A DNA stretch of 64,000 nucleotides from Alphaproteobacteria bacterium (GCA_965205265.1 CBDBGH010000003.1:2464001-2528000); one strand, 5' to 3'; positions 38,368 to 49,373 are shown, counted from the stretch's first letter. The notes: generated by a model from the letters alone, not told the origin. Numbers and translations are program-made.

Positions 38368-39657
38368 ATGCTGCGTTTGCCTGCTGTCCGATGCGTGCAG
38401 AGCGTCCATGCCGACGCCTACCAGACAGCAATGACCGTCCATGATCTGGTTCCGTATCTCCTCAATAGTCGTGATCCTCGCAGACAGAATTGGAAGAACC
38501 TGCCTGCGCCGGTCCGGGAGATGTATGAGAAGTTGCAGCGCAAGACTTCCAAGGCGCGGCGCACCGAGATGCGCAACTACATCCTTCGCCGGATGGCGCC
38601 TGAATCATACTGGATCGGTGCCATCCCGCCGATTGTCGTCGGGATGCAACTTGGCCAGGTCTTTGAGCCGCAGGAGGAAGATGGCAATTTGGGCTACGTT
38701 CGCGTCAGCACCCGTCTCGACCGACCCAATATCTTGCTGGACGGCCTCGGCCGCATCACCGGCTTCCTTGATGTCATGTATGACGACAGCCTGGATGAAA
38801 AAGTTCGCCAGTGGGCAGGTGACGCTGTGATCCCGGTCATGCTGCTGACGCCGCCAAGCCGGGAGAACAGCCTTGACCTAGAGCAACTCGGACAGGTCTT
38901 TCACGACATGAACGTGCTCTCCACTCCTGTTGCCAAGGGCCAGGCGGTGGACCTCGACCGCAGCGACAGGTACATTCAGACGGTCAACCGGGTGGCAGCG
39001 CTTTTTGTCATTGCCGAGAATGGCGGGTGCGACCATCGGGCCGTCTCGATTTCCAAGAAGTCCGGCGCCTGGTGCACCAAGACCGTTCTCCTCAAAGCGG
39101 TTCGCGCTGCGTCGGAAGGTCCCGGATCGCATGTGGACCACATCCGGGATCAGCCCGAAACGCCGTTCCTGGTGGGCGATGCACAGATGAGCGAGATCGT
39201 GGACCGGTTCGACCACGGTCTTCTAACGGTGTCCTCGATGATGGCTGAAGGCAAGGTTCCGGCTAACGATACCCTGCTGCGAACGCCCTCTTGGTGGGTT
39301 GCCTTCGGACTTGTTCTGCATGACCTGCACAAGGTCTATGCAGGCCACCAAATTTCGCCCGAGCGTCGGGATGCACTTCTCAGGAAGATCGGCGCTTTGG
39401 ACTGGGGCCTTGGCAACCCGGACTTCAGGTTCCTTGGAGACTCGGTGGAGGAAAAGGCGACTGGTGCGAGGCCGAAGGACGCCGAAGGTCGCGAGATGCT
39501 CAACCGCTTCTTCGGGGGACAGAAGGCATACTACAATCTGGCAGCCTACATCCGCGAGAAGATCGGACTGAAGGAGAACATCGACTACGGAGATGACTAC
39601 GGCGCAACCCTGAGATTCGACGCTCCTGCTCATACACTATCTGAGGCTGCGGAATAG
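38368..39657 (+). CDS. DndB/DGQHR-like (ParB superfamily) protein with variant motif DGLGR
   Basis: MRNYIL..IPPIVV, LLDGLGR, IPVML, QVFHDMN..TPV...DLDRSD; GGAG RBS before ATG 38368. Confidence 0.7.
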   Translation: MLRLPAVRCVQSVHADAYQTAMTVHDLVPYLLNSRDPRRQNWKNLPAPVREMYEKLQRKTSKARRTEMRNYILRRMAPESYWIGAIPPIVVGMQLGQVFEPQEEDGNLGYVRVSTRLDRPNILLDGLGRITGFLDVMYDDSLDEKVRQWAGDAVIPVMLLTPPSRENSLDLEQLGQVFHDMNVLSTPVAKGQAVDLDRSDRYIQTVNRVAALFVIAENGGCDHRAVSISKKSGAWCTKTVLLKAVRAASEGPGSHVDHIRDQPETPFLVGDAQMSEIVDRFDHGLLTVSSMMAEGKVPANDTLLRTPSWWVAFGLVLHDLHKVYAGHQISPERRDALLRKIGALDWGLGNPDFRFLGDSVEEKATGARPKDAEGREMLNRFFGGQKAYYNLAAYIREKIGLKENIDYGDDYGATLRFDAPAHTLSEAAE

Positions 39658-39663
39658 ACCGGT

Positions 39664-39697
39664 TCCGGGCGTCGCCAAACAGATGGCGACGCCCGGA
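39664..39697. terminator. 14-bp stem-loop after the DndB-like gene
   Basis: TCCGGGCGTCGCCA-AACAGA-TGGCGACGCCCGGA. Confidence 0.65.
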
Positions 39698-39748
39698 TAA
39701 ATTTCCAAATCCGCGTCAGAGACTAATGATCAGAACTCCGGGCGTCAT

Positions 39749-40537
39749 ATGTTTGGCAACGATAATGAATTCGACAGGTTGATTGAAAAGGTGTTCTTCG
39801 ACAATTATCGTGAAGGAATGACCGAATTCGAATTTACTTTTGAAGATATTGAGAAAGCAGCAAATGACCTTGGAATTGTACTGCCTGAAAATTTTGAAGA
39901 TGTTCTACTTTCCTTCGAGAATTATGGTAGTTCCCCTCGCGAACACGAGAGACTGCAATCAGAATCTCATCAGACAACAAGCAACAAGGCGCAACAGGGC
40001 CATTGCATGGTCAAAGCATCAAGTAACAACCATGTTGTACCGCGCAATGACATCGCTGTTACACAAATATTCGATTTGACGCCGAAACAACTCCATGCCT
40101 ACGCGCTGGACGATGAACAGGCGCTTCTGGCCATCATCCGCTACAACCGCCTGATCGACACCTTTCTCGGGCTGACCGCCTACAGCCTGCAGAACCATCT
40201 TCGGACGACCGTCAAGGGCATGGGGCAGATCGAGATCGACGAACTCTATATCGGCCTCGACAGGAACGGCTGCCACCATGTCATTCCCGTCCAGGCGAAG
40301 GGCGGGAGAGACCGCATCGGCATCGTGCAGACCGCGCAGGACATTCGTTTCGCCGAACAGCGCTTCCCCGGCATGCGCTGCCGGGCCATCGCCGCCCAGT
40401 TCATGGAAGACGACATTATCGCGTTGTTCGAGCTGACCTTGCGGGACGACGACGTGAGGGTCATGGAAGAGCGGCACTACCGGCTCGTCCCGGCGGACAG
40501 GCTCGACCCGGCAGCGGTGCGGAATTACCGGGACTGA
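39749..40537 (+). CDS. PD-(D/E)xK restriction endonuclease-like protein
   Basis: DEQALLA.IRYNRLID, QIEIDELY, VIPVQAKGG catalytic-like motif. Confidence 0.7.
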   Translation: MFGNDNEFDRLIEKVFFDNYREGMTEFEFTFEDIEKAANDLGIVLPENFEDVLLSFENYGSSPREHERLQSESHQTTSNKAQQGHCMVKASSNNHVVPRNDIAVTQIFDLTPKQLHAYALDDEQALLAIIRYNRLIDTFLGLTAYSLQNHLRTTVKGMGQIEIDELYIGLDRNGCHHVIPVQAKGGRDRIGIVQTAQDIRFAEQRFPGMRCRAIAAQFMEDDIIALFELTLRDDDVRVMEERHYRLVPADRLDPAAVRNYRD

Positions 40538-40552
40538 CGGACGGCGCGGCGC

Positions 40553-41929
40553 CTACAGCTCGCCGTCGGCTTTCAGCATGTCGAGGGAGCGGGCGAAAGC
40601 GGCGACGGTGGCGTCGATCTCGGCTTCGCCGTGGGTGGCGGAGATCGTGCCGCCCGGCCAGCCGGTCAGGTCCACACCGTTCACATTCATCGCCAGCCTC
40701 AGCTTGTGCGCCGCGCCGGGCGCATTGCCCCGGAGCTCCTCATAGCCGCAGGCGAACGGGTCGAACGTGTCCGGCGAGACATCCTCCCGTCCGGCGGGGT
40801 TGGTGAAGATGTGGAAGACCGAGAAAGTGCCGTAGGCCGCCCAGGGGACGCCGGCGGCGCGGATGGCGTCGTTCAGGCCGGCGCGTATCCTGTCGCCCAT
40901 GGCGTTGGCGCGCGCGCAGGCGCCCGTCGCCTCCAGTTTGGTCAGCGCCGCAAGGCCCGCGGCCGCGGCCACCGGGTTGGCGTTGTAGGTGCCCTGGTGG
41001 CCAACCTTCTCGATGCCCTTCTCTCGGGTGACGTCGAAGTCGAGCCGCTCGAAGAAGTCCGCGCGCCCGGCAAGCGCTCCGCCCGGCAGGCCGCCGGAGA
41101 CGATCTTGGCGAAGGCCGTCAGGTCCGGGCGGATGCCGTAATGGCCCTGCGCGCCGCCCGGCGAGACGCGGAAGCCGGTCACCACCTCGTCGAAGATGAG
41201 CGCCGTCCCGGTCTCCGCCGTCGCCTCGCGCAGCCCTTCGAGAAATGCCGGGGAGGCCGGCACCATGCCGGTGGAGGAGCCCGTCGGCTCCAGGATGGCG
41301 GCGGCGACATCGCCGCCGGCGAGCCCGTCGCGCACGGCCTCCAGGTCCTCGGGATCGACCAGCACCGTGCTCTCGGCGATGCCGGGAACGAGGCCGATGG
41401 CCGAGGAGCCGTCGAAATGCGAGTTCTGGCCGGACGCCATATGGTCGTGCCAGCCGTGGAAGTGGGTGCGCACGCGCATGATCTTCGTGCGCCCGGTCGC
41501 CGTCCGCGCAAGGCGGAGCGCCAGCAGCGTCGCTTCCGTGCCGGAGGAGGTGAAGCGCACCTTCTCCGCCGAAGGCACCAGCGACTGGATCTTCTGCGCC
41601 CAGCGCAGCTCGCCCTGATGGCTTGCGCCGAAATGCGTGCCGCAGGCAAGCGCTTCCGAGATCGCCGCGTCCACATCGGGGTCGTTGTGGCCCAGCAGCA
41701 GCGCGCCGTGGCCGCCGAAATAGTCGATATATTCGTTGCCGTCGACATCCCATTTGCGCGGCCCCTGGGCGCGCTCGACATAGATGCCGTAGGGTTCGAT
41801 CCGGCGGCTGTCATGCGTGATGCCGGAAGGGAAGGTGCGGCAGGCCTCCTCGAACAGTTTTGCGCTGGTCGGCGTCTTTTCCCGATAGGCGGCCAGAATG
41901 CCGGAATTGCTGAGCGGGGCTTGCGCCAT
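40553..41929 (-). CDS. Class III aminotransferase (glutamate-1-semialdehyde aminomutase-like)
   Basis: WDVDGNEYID, FTSSGTEA, FHGWHD, FDEVVTGFR, AKIVSGGLP. Confidence 0.9.
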   Translation of the reverse strand: MAQAPLSNSGILAAYREKTPTSAKLFEEACRTFPSGITHDSRRIEPYGIYVERAQGPRKWDVDGNEYIDYFGGHGALLLGHNDPDVDAAISEALACGTHFGASHQGELRWAQKIQSLVPSAEKVRFTSSGTEATLLALRLARTATGRTKIMRVRTHFHGWHDHMASGQNSHFDGSSAIGLVPGIAESTVLVDPEDLEAVRDGLAGGDVAAAILEPTGSSTGMVPASPAFLEGLREATAETGTALIFDEVVTGFRVSPGGAQGHYGIRPDLTAFAKIVSGGLPGGALAGRADFFERLDFDVTREKGIEKVGHQGTYNANPVAAAAGLAALTKLEATGACARANAMGDRIRAGLNDAIRAAGVPWAAYGTFSVFHIFTNPAGREDVSPDTFDPFACGYEELRGNAPGAAHKLRLAMNVNGVDLTGWPGGTISATHGEAEIDATVAAFARSLDMLKADGEL

Positions 41930-41934
41930 GGGTT

Positions 41935-42975
41935 TCACTCTCCGTCGAGTTTGTAGAAGCGCCGCGCGGTGCCGGCGAACAGGTCGGCCTTCTCGCCCTC
42001 CGACGCGCCGGAGGCAAGCTTCTTGAAGGCGTTCCACATGACAGCATAGCTGCAGGACGCCTTGTCCACGGGAAAATTGCTCTCGAACATGCAGCGCGAA
42101 GGGCCGAACGCCTCGATACAGGTCTCGATATAGGGCCGCCAGACCGCGGCAAGCGTGTCGGAACCGGGCGCCCGGTCCTGCTTGTGGAAGTCGAACCCGT
42201 AAACCTTCATGCCGAGGCCGCCGAGCTTGACATGAACGTTTTCGCAGGCGGCGATGGCCCGGATGCCGTCCCGCCAGCCGGGGAAAATCTCCTCATGGCG
42301 CCCGGCATAGGGGCCGATGCCGAGCGGCCCGCCGACATGGTTCAGCACGATGCGCGCCTCCGGGAAGGCGCTGGCGAGGCCGACCGCATCCGCAAGCTGC
42401 GTGTGGTAGAGCCACGCCTCGAAAGTGAGGTCCAGCGCGGCGAGCCTGGCGAAGCCCTCGCGGAAGGCCGGATCGTCGAACAGGCCCGGCGGCGGGTTCG
42501 TGTGGCTGTTGCGCACGTCCGGACTCGGATCGTATCCGGCGGCGTGCCGGATGCCGCGAAAGCGCCCGTTGCCGGCGGCGATCTCGGCCAGCAGCACGTC
42601 TTCGGCCGCAGCGCCGAGCGTAAGGTCCGCAAAGCCGACAATGCCGGCGCAGGCCTGCGTCTCGCCGTAGCGCCCGGATGCGCTCATCGCGGCCGTGCCG
42701 TTGACGAATTCGACCTCGCCTATCGGCGCCTCCGCCTCCGGCCCGGCCGCCCGGTACATCGAGCCGCACTCGACGAACACCGTCGCGCGCACATTGTGGC
42801 CGCTGCCGGTGTCCTCCAGCAGCTCGTGCAGCAGGTAGCGGTGGAAGGGGAAATCCCAGAGATGGTGGTGCGGATCGACGATCGGCAGGTCCGGCTCCAG
42901 AATCTCCTCCTCTGTCGTGGCCAGCCAAGCGTCGTCGATGGCGGTCATCCGCGACTCGACGGAGTTTGCGGTCAT
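41935..42975 (-). CDS. Amidohydrolase_2 family protein
   Basis: IVDPHHHLWD, TVFVEC, VLNHVGGP, RCMFESNFPVDK. Confidence 0.9.
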   Translation of the reverse strand: MTANSVESRMTAIDDAWLATTEEEILEPDLPIVDPHHHLWDFPFHRYLLHELLEDTGSGHNVRATVFVECGSMYRAAGPEAEAPIGEVEFVNGTAAMSASGRYGETQACAGIVGFADLTLGAAAEDVLLAEIAAGNGRFRGIRHAAGYDPSPDVRNSHTNPPPGLFDDPAFREGFARLAALDLTFEAWLYHTQLADAVGLASAFPEARIVLNHVGGPLGIGPYAGRHEEIFPGWRDGIRAIAACENVHVKLGGLGMKVYGFDFHKQDRAPGSDTLAAVWRPYIETCIEAFGPSRCMFESNFPVDKASCSYAVMWNAFKKLASGASEGEKADLFAGTARRFYKLDGE

Positions 42976-43937
42976 TCCAGTCCGATCTCCTCTCTCTCCC
43001 CCGGCTCCAGCGCCGCATGGAGCTTCGCCAGCCGATCGTAGCACTTGGCCTGGTAGCGGAAATGCGGCTGACGGAAGCGGTGCCCCGCCAGCAGGGTATC
43101 GACATCGCCGGCCGCATTGGCCTTGAGGAACGGCCAGTAGATCTCGCGCGCCATCTCCGCGAGCGCGACGACGGCCGGCCCCGGCTCCTCCCAGTCGCCC
43201 TCGACGCCGGAAAGGTCGTCCGCGCGCCGGACCCAGGCGTCGGTGCGCGGGGCGCGGGCGCGCATGACCGCCATCGGCGTCGGGTCGGTGCCGAGCGTCT
43301 TCAACTGGCCGAACAGCGCGAGGTCGGCGACCGAGGGGCGCGTGCCGAACAGGAACCGTCCGTTTGCGACCGTGCTTTCCAGCGCGTCCAGAACGCGCAG
43401 ATAGCTCGCCTCGAAGAGCGGCGCGGCGTCCGGTGTGGCGCCCACCAGGCTCATGCGTCCGGTCTGGCGTTCCACGAAGGGCGGAACGGCTGCGGCGTGT
43501 TCCTCTGCGGAGAGGTCGTCGCGCGCATCGTCCATCACCCAGCGCGCTGCGAATTCGCCGTCCTCCGGCGCGTTGAAGCGGTAGAAGAACAGGCATTTGG
43601 TCAGCCATTCGTCGGCCATGTCCTCGATCAACCGGGCGAGGAAGCGGTCGCGCGGGCGCTCCGGCAGCAGCGAGCGGTTCGGCCCGTGGCGCTTTTCCAG
43701 CTCCTCCAGTATGGGCGTGCTGTCGGTCCGGAGTTCGCCGTCGGGAAACCGGAGCACCGGCATCAATTGCGGGCGCACATGGGCGAGCGGCTCATACATC
43801 CGCACGGAGCGGCAGATCCAGCGATAGGGCAGCCGGCGGTAGCGCAGCGCCGCCCGGAGCTTGACGGTATAGGGGGAGGCCTCGACGCCGTAGAGGACAT
43901 AGGGGCGTCCGCCCGGCTCGCCGTCCGTGCGGGTCAA
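42972..43937 (-). CDS. Glutathione S-transferase family protein
   Basis: [44 protein letters not shown]; TTG start overlapping the aapP stop. Confidence 0.82.
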   Translation of the reverse strand: MTRTDGEPGGRPYVLYGVEASPYTVKLRAALRYRRLPYRWICRSVRMYEPLAHVRPQLMPVLRFPDGELRTDSTPILEELEKRHGPNRSLLPERPRDRFLARLIEDMADEWLTKCLFFYRFNAPEDGEFAARWVMDDARDDLSAEEHAAAVPPFVERQTGRMSLVGATPDAAPLFEASYLRVLDALESTVANGRFLFGTRPSVADLALFGQLKTLGTDPTPMAVMRARAPRTDAWVRRADDLSGVEGDWEEPGPAVVALAEMAREIYWPFLKANAAGDVDTLLAGHRFRQPHFRYQAKCYDRLAKLHAALEPGEREEIGLE

Positions 43938-44725
43938 TGGGACAGGATCTGGCTGAGGAACAGTTTCGTCCGGTCCGACTGCGGATTGTTGAAGAAGGCT
44001 TCCGGCTCGTTCTGCTCCACGATCTGGCCTTCGTCCATGAAGATGATGCGGTGCGCGACCTGGCGCGCGAAGCCCATTTCGTGGGAGACGACCAGCATGG
44101 TCATGCCGCTTTCCGCGAGATCGACCATGACATCGAGCACTTCCTTGATCATTTCCGGGTCGAGGGCGGATGTCGGCTCGTCGAACAGCATGATGCGCGG
44201 CTGCATGCAGAGCGAGCGCGCAATCGCGACGCGCTGCTGCTGGCCGCCCGAAAGCTGGCCCGGATATTTCAGCGCCTGGTCGCCGATCTTCACGCGCTCC
44301 AGGAAATAGCGCGCGCGGTCCTCGGCCTCCTTTTTCGGCTCCCGGCGGACCCAGATGGGCGCGAGGGTGCAGTTTTCGATAACCGAGAGGTGGGGGAAGA
44401 GGTTGAAGTGCTGGAAGCACATGCCGACCTCGGAGCGGATGCGGTCGATATTCTTGATGTCGGAAGACAGCTCCGTGCCTTCGACGACGATCCTGCCGGC
44501 CTGGTGGTTCTCCAGCGCGTTAATGCAGCGGATAAGCGTGGACTTGCCGGACCCCGACGGCCCGCAGACGACGATCCGCTCGCCGCGATAGACGGTGAGG
44601 TTTATGTCCCGAAGCACATGGAACTCGCCGAACCACTTGTTCATGCCGGCGATCTCGATCGCAACCTCGCCGGACGCCGTCATCGCGCGGCGTTCCTCGT
44701 CCCGTTCGGTGGCGGCAGCGGTCAT
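43934..44725 (-). CDS. aapP: General L-amino acid ABC transporter ATP-binding protein
   Basis: [34 protein letters not shown]; ends FLSQILSH. Confidence 0.93.
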   Translation of the reverse strand: MTAAATERDEERRAMTASGEVAIEIAGMNKWFGEFHVLRDINLTVYRGERIVVCGPSGSGKSTLIRCINALENHQAGRIVVEGTELSSDIKNIDRIRSEVGMCFQHFNLFPHLSVIENCTLAPIWVRREPKKEAEDRARYFLERVKIGDQALKYPGQLSGGQQQRVAIARSLCMQPRIMLFDEPTSALDPEMIKEVLDVMVDLAESGMTMLVVSHEMGFARQVAHRIIFMDEGQIVEQNEPEAFFNNPQSDRTKLFLSQILSH

Positions 44726-44738
44726 GGCGCCCTCCCTG

Positions 44739-46052
44739 CTATCGGTGTCCGACATCGAGGTTGCGTTCCAGATACATGGAATAGCGCGACATGGCGAAAC
44801 AGAAGATGAAGAAGAACAGCGCGATGAAGCCGTAGAGCTCCCACACAATGCCGTTCCAGTTCTGGTCGGCGCGGATCGGCTGCAGCAGGCCCACCGGGTC
44901 CAGCAGCCCGATGATGATGACGAGGGTCGTGTCCTTGAACAGGCCGATGAAGGTGTTGACGATTCCCGGAATGGAAATCTTGAGCGCCTGCGGCAGGATT
45001 ATGAGGCGCATCGATTTCCAGTAGTCGAGCCCGAGGGAATCGGCGGCCTCGTACTGCCCTGCGGGCAGCCCTGCGAGCCCGCCGCGGATGACCTCCGCCA
45101 TATAGGCCGAGGCGAAGGCGGTCACCATGATGACCACGCGCAGGATCAGGTCGAATTCCGTGCCGGGCGGCAGGAAGTAGGAGAGCAGCAGCCAGGCGAC
45201 GAACAGGAGCGTGATCAGCGGCACGCCGCGAATGAACTCGATGAACCCGACGCAGACTGCCTTGATGAGGATGAGGTTCGACTGCCGCCCGAGCGCCAGC
45301 ACGATCCCGATGGGCAGCGAGCCTGCAATGCCGGAGACGCCGATGATGGTGGACAGGAGGAAACCGCCGAGCCTGGCGGACTCCACCGGCTCCAGGCCGA
45401 TTGCCAGCACGGCGCTCAGCGCGTCCTCGAAGGCGACGACGCAGAACAGCCACCAGAGCGCCGCCCCGAGAATTCCCGCGCCGACCGCCGCCAGGAACGC
45501 GATCCCCTCATCCAGCCTTCCGCGCGCAAGCGGCGGCAGGAAGCGGATACAGGCCCAGCCGATGGCGATGCCGACGACGGCGCCCACGGGCCCCCAGAGC
45601 GAGCCGCCCCAGATGAGCCAGTAAGCGAGAAGCGGGTAGAGCGCGCTGAAGACGAGCAGCTTGCGCGGGGCGGAACTGAAGAGCGCGGGCCAGATCGCAA
45701 CGAACAGCAGCACGAAGGCCAGGACCGGCCGCCAGCGCAGCTCTTCCGGATAGAACCCGAACACGAACTGCAGGAACCGTTCGTTGATGACGGCGAGACA
45801 GGCGCCGTCGTCCACTGCGCGGCACCCCTGCAGCGAAGAGGCGTTCCACACGGAATCGAGGAACAGCCAGGGCACCACCATGGCGAGGATATAGGCGACG
45901 AACGCCAGCGACAGCAGGGTCGCGACCGAGTTGAAGACGCCCGAGAACAGGTTGTCGCGCGCCCAGCCGAGCGCGCCGCCCGTCCTGACCGGCGGCGGCG
46001 ACGGCGGGATCTGCCGCTCGGCAACGAATGCGACGGGCTTTTCGCCGGCCAT
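44739..46052 (-). CDS. aapM: General L-amino acid ABC transporter permease
   Basis: [32 protein letters not shown]. Confidence 0.92.
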   Translation of the reverse strand: MAGEKPVAFVAERQIPPSPPPVRTGGALGWARDNLFSGVFNSVATLLSLAFVAYILAMVVPWLFLDSVWNASSLQGCRAVDDGACLAVINERFLQFVFGFYPEELRWRPVLAFVLLFVAIWPALFSSAPRKLLVFSALYPLLAYWLIWGGSLWGPVGAVVGIAIGWACIRFLPPLARGRLDEGIAFLAAVGAGILGAALWWLFCVVAFEDALSAVLAIGLEPVESARLGGFLLSTIIGVSGIAGSLPIGIVLALGRQSNLILIKAVCVGFIEFIRGVPLITLLFVAWLLLSYFLPPGTEFDLILRVVIMVTAFASAYMAEVIRGGLAGLPAGQYEAADSLGLDYWKSMRLIILPQALKISIPGIVNTFIGLFKDTTLVIIIGLLDPVGLLQPIRADQNWNGIVWELYGFIALFFFIFCFAMSRYSMYLERNLDVGHR

Positions 46053-46053
46053 C

Positions 46054-47268
46054 TCAGCGCTCCTTTAGCCTGACGCTTCTGTTGTAGGCGTTCATGCCTG
46101 CGGAGATCGTCAGCGAGGTCGCGAGGTAGAAGGCCATCAGGAGCAGGATGCACTCCATCTCGCGGCCCGTCTGGTTCAGCGTGATGCCGCCGAGCGTGCC
46201 CGTGGCGTCCATGTATCCCACCGCAATGGCGAGCGAGGAGTTCTTGGTGAGGTTGAGGAACTGGCTGATGAGCGGCGGCACGATGACGCGGAGCGCCTGG
46301 GGCAGCACGACGAGGCTCATGGTGCGCCCGGGCCTGAGGCCGAGCGCATAGGCCGCCTCCGTCTGGCCCTTGCTGATCGCGAGGATGCCGGCGCGCACGA
46401 TCTCGGCGATGAAGGCGCCGGTATAGACCGAGAGCGCCAGCCACAGGCCGATCAGGCTGTCGCGCATGTAGATTCCGCCCTTGAAGTTGAAACCCTTGAG
46501 GGCGGGAATCTCCAGCGAGACCGGCGAGCCCGCGGCGAAGAACGCAAGCAGGACCGGGACCGCGAGAATGGCGAGCCGGCCCCAGAACACCGGCAGGATC
46601 TGCCCGGTCGCCGCCTGCCGGGCCCTGGCCCAGCGGCCGAAATACCAGGCTGCGGCTATCGACAGCAGCAGGACCGCCCCGACCGCGGCCGAACCCGCTT
46701 CGAAGACCGGCGCCGGAATGTAGAAGCCCCTGTTGGTGATGAACACGCTGTCGAACAGCAGGCCGCTCAGCGCATCCTCGCCCCGGAAAGACCTCACGCC
46801 CGGCAGGACTTCGTTGACGATGGCGACCGTGAACAGGATCCAGATAAGGACCGGAATGTTGCGGACCGTCTCGATATAGACCGTCATCAGCCGCGCGACG
46901 ACCCAGTTGCGGGAAAGCCGGAGCACGCCGGCGAGAACGCCGATGACCGTGGCGGTGACACAGCCCATGACCGCGACGAGGATGGTGTTGATAATGCCGA
47001 TGAGGGCGGCGCGCCCGTGTGTGGACGTCGAATCGTAGTCGAGCAGGTGCTGGTTGATGTCGTAGGCGGAGGTTTCGAAGATGAAGCCGAAGTCGATGTC
47101 CTTGCCGAGCGCCTCCAGGTTCCGCACGGCGTTGTCTATCGCCCAGGCGAAGGCCAGCATGATGACGGCCAGCGCAAAGATCTGAATCGTGTAGGAACGG
47201 TATCGGGTGTCGTAAAGAAGCTGGCTGACGCGGAACGGCTCCGGAGGCGGCTGTCCTGTGCTGGACAT
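46054..47268 (-). CDS. aapQ: General L-amino acid ABC transporter permease
   Basis: RNIPVL, AFIAEIVRAGI, LNLTKNSSLAIAVGY. Confidence 0.92.
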   Translation of the reverse strand: MSSTGQPPPEPFRVSQLLYDTRYRSYTIQIFALAVIMLAFAWAIDNAVRNLEALGKDIDFGFIFETSAYDINQHLLDYDSTSTHGRAALIGIINTILVAVMGCVTATVIGVLAGVLRLSRNWVVARLMTVYIETVRNIPVLIWILFTVAIVNEVLPGVRSFRGEDALSGLLFDSVFITNRGFYIPAPVFEAGSAAVGAVLLLSIAAAWYFGRWARARQAATGQILPVFWGRLAILAVPVLLAFFAAGSPVSLEIPALKGFNFKGGIYMRDSLIGLWLALSVYTGAFIAEIVRAGILAISKGQTEAAYALGLRPGRTMSLVVLPQALRVIVPPLISQFLNLTKNSSLAIAVGYMDATGTLGGITLNQTGREMECILLLMAFYLATSLTISAGMNAYNRSVRLKER

Positions 47269-47335
47269 GCGTCACAGCTCCCCGTCAAACGCGGCCGAAG
47301 GCCTCGCCGTCACAAGGCCCCGGCCCGGACAAAGA

Positions 47336-47363
47336 AAGGGCGCTTCCCCACGGAAGCGCCCTT
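47336..47363. terminator. Intercistronic hairpin after aapJ
   Basis: AAGGGCGCTTCC-CCAC-GGAAGCGCCCTT followed on the minus strand by a T-rich run. Confidence 0.65.
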
Positions 47364-47376
47364 CGAGGTGTAGTGC

Positions 47377-48396
47377 TTACCGGAACGGCGGGGCGTAGAG
47401 GATGCCGCCCTCGGTCCAGAGCGCGTTCAGGCCCCGGGCGAGGCCGATCGCGGTGTTCTCGCCGATATGCTTCTCGAAGATCTCGCCGTAATTGCCGCCG
47501 GTCTTGATGGCGTTCACGGCCCAGTCGGAGGAGAGGCCGAGCATCTCGCCGTAATTGCCCTCGACGCCGAGCAGGCGCTTGACCTCGGGATCCTTGGTGT
47601 CGGCAGAGGCCATGCTGTCCACATTCGCCGCCGTGATGCCCTTCTCCTCGGCGATGATGAGCGCGTTCAGCACCCAGCGCACGATGTCGCCCCAGGCGTT
47701 GTCACCGTGGCGGACCAGCGGTCCGAGCGGCTCCTTGGAGATGATTTCCGGCAGGATGACATGGTCGCCCGGGTTCTCGAAGGTGGCGCGGGTCGCGGCC
47801 AGGCCGGAGGCGTCCGTGGTGTAGACGTCGCAGGCATTCGCGAGATATTTCTGCTGCGCCTCGGCGTTGGTCTCGATCGGCACCGGCTCGTAGCTCATGT
47901 TGTTGGCGCGGAAGAAGTCGGCCAGGTTGAGCTCGGTGGTGGTGCCGGTCTGGATGCACACGGTCGCGCCGTCGAGCTCGGAGGCCGACGAAACGCCCAT
48001 GTCCTTGCGGATCATGAAGCCCTGGCCATCATAATAGTTGACGCCCAGGAACGAGAATTTCAGGTCCACGTCCCGGCTCAGCGTCCAGGTCGTGTTCCGG
48101 TACAGGATGTCGATTTCGCCCGAGGCGAGCGCCGTGAAGCGGGTCTTGCCGGTCGTCGGCGTGAACTTGATCGCATTCGGGTCGCCGAACACGGCCGCCG
48201 CCGTCGCGCGGCAGAAGACGACGTCGAACCCGTCCCAGTTGCCGTCGGAGTCCGTGAACGCGAAGCCGGCGAGGCCGGTGGAAACGCCGCACTGGATGAA
48301 GCCCTTGGCCTTCACGTCATCCAGCGTCGCCGCGTGGGCCCCGACGGAGAACGTCGCGGCCGCGGCAGCGGCAACCAATGTCGTTTTGAGTCTCAT
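47377..48396 (-). CDS. aapJ: General L-amino acid ABC transporter substrate-binding protein
   Basis: CGVSTGLAGF, RNTTWT, YYDGQGF, GTTTELN, ISKEPLGP, ends YAPPFR. Confidence 0.95.
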   Translation of the reverse strand: MRLKTTLVAAAAAATFSVGAHAATLDDVKAKGFIQCGVSTGLAGFAFTDSDGNWDGFDVVFCRATAAAVFGDPNAIKFTPTTGKTRFTALASGEIDILYRNTTWTLSRDVDLKFSFLGVNYYDGQGFMIRKDMGVSSASELDGATVCIQTGTTTELNLADFFRANNMSYEPVPIETNAEAQQKYLANACDVYTTDASGLAATRATFENPGDHVILPEIISKEPLGPLVRHGDNAWGDIVRWVLNALIIAEEKGITAANVDSMASADTKDPEVKRLLGVEGNYGEMLGLSSDWAVNAIKTGGNYGEIFEKHIGENTAIGLARGLNALWTEGGILYAPPFR

Positions 48397-48575
48397 GGGT
48401 CTTTGATCTCCCGTTCGAGTGCTTTGCACAATTGCGCGGAATCGTGCTGCTTTACTGCTCGGTGGAATCGCCCCCAACTACCGAACGCGACCTCCGCGCT
48501 CATGTTACCAACCGGCGCGCCGCTCGGCAACCGGATGTCACCGGACGAGGCCAGGCTTTTCGGCGCAGCGGCGGC

Positions 48576-49373
48576 TCAGGCTGCGGCGAATTCCCGGAAG
48601 GCCAGCGCGCCCTCCGCCGCATGGCTGAGCGCGATTCCATGGCGGGCGCCGGGGAAGACCTGGAGCCGGGCGTCGGGCAGGACGTCCAGCAGCTCGGCGG
48701 CGACGGCCATCGGCAGGAACGGGCTCGAATCCGGGTGCAGCAGCAGCACCGGGCAGGCAATTTGCCGAAAGGTGTCGGAAAGCGCCGCGCCCATCAGCAG
48801 GTCGGCTGCATCCAGCAGCGACGACGGCGCCGTGCGGCTCTGCACCTCGTGCATCCATTCCCGCTCGGCCCGGCCCACCTTGCCGTCGGCGAAGCGGCGC
48901 GGGACCATCTCTTCCGACCAGCGCTCCATGCCACCCGCCTCCACCGCCGCGCGCCAGACAGCTACATTCCGGATCGCCGGCCCGTAATGCCCGGTCGAGC
49001 AGGCGCAGACGCTCGCGACCCGCTCCGGCTTCCTGGCGGCCGTAAACAGGCAGGCCGTGCCGCCGAGCGACTCGCCGACGAGGTGGAACCGCTCGAACCC
49101 GGCGGCGTCCGCGACCGCCAGTATGTCGTCCGCCAGCCCGTCGAAGGACCAGCGGTGGTCCGGCCCCGGCAGGGTCGAGCGCCCGAAGCCGCAAAGATCG
49201 AAGCGGGCGATGCGGAACCGGTCGATCAGGCCGGGCAACCAGCCGGACCAGATGTCGCAATCGACCGCGACGCCGTGGCAGAACAGCACCGCCTCGCCGG
49301 GCGCGTTCCAGGGCGGCACGAGGTCCACGGTCTCCATGTGTAGGGCGTGGCCGGGTCGCTGGAGCATGGTCAT
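48576..49373 (-). CDS. Alpha/beta fold hydrolase
   Basis: FCHG, DLCGFGRS, VGESLGG nucleophile elbow, GARH. Confidence 0.88.
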   Translation of the reverse strand: MTMLQRPGHALHMETVDLVPPWNAPGEAVLFCHGVAVDCDIWSGWLPGLIDRFRIARFDLCGFGRSTLPGPDHRWSFDGLADDILAVADAAGFERFHLVGESLGGTACLFTAARKPERVASVCACSTGHYGPAIRNVAVWRAAVEAGGMERWSEEMVPRRFADGKVGRAEREWMHEVQSRTAPSSLLDAADLLMGAALSDTFRQIACPVLLLHPDSSPFLPMAVAAELLDVLPDARLQVFPGARHGIALSHAAEGALAFREFAAA

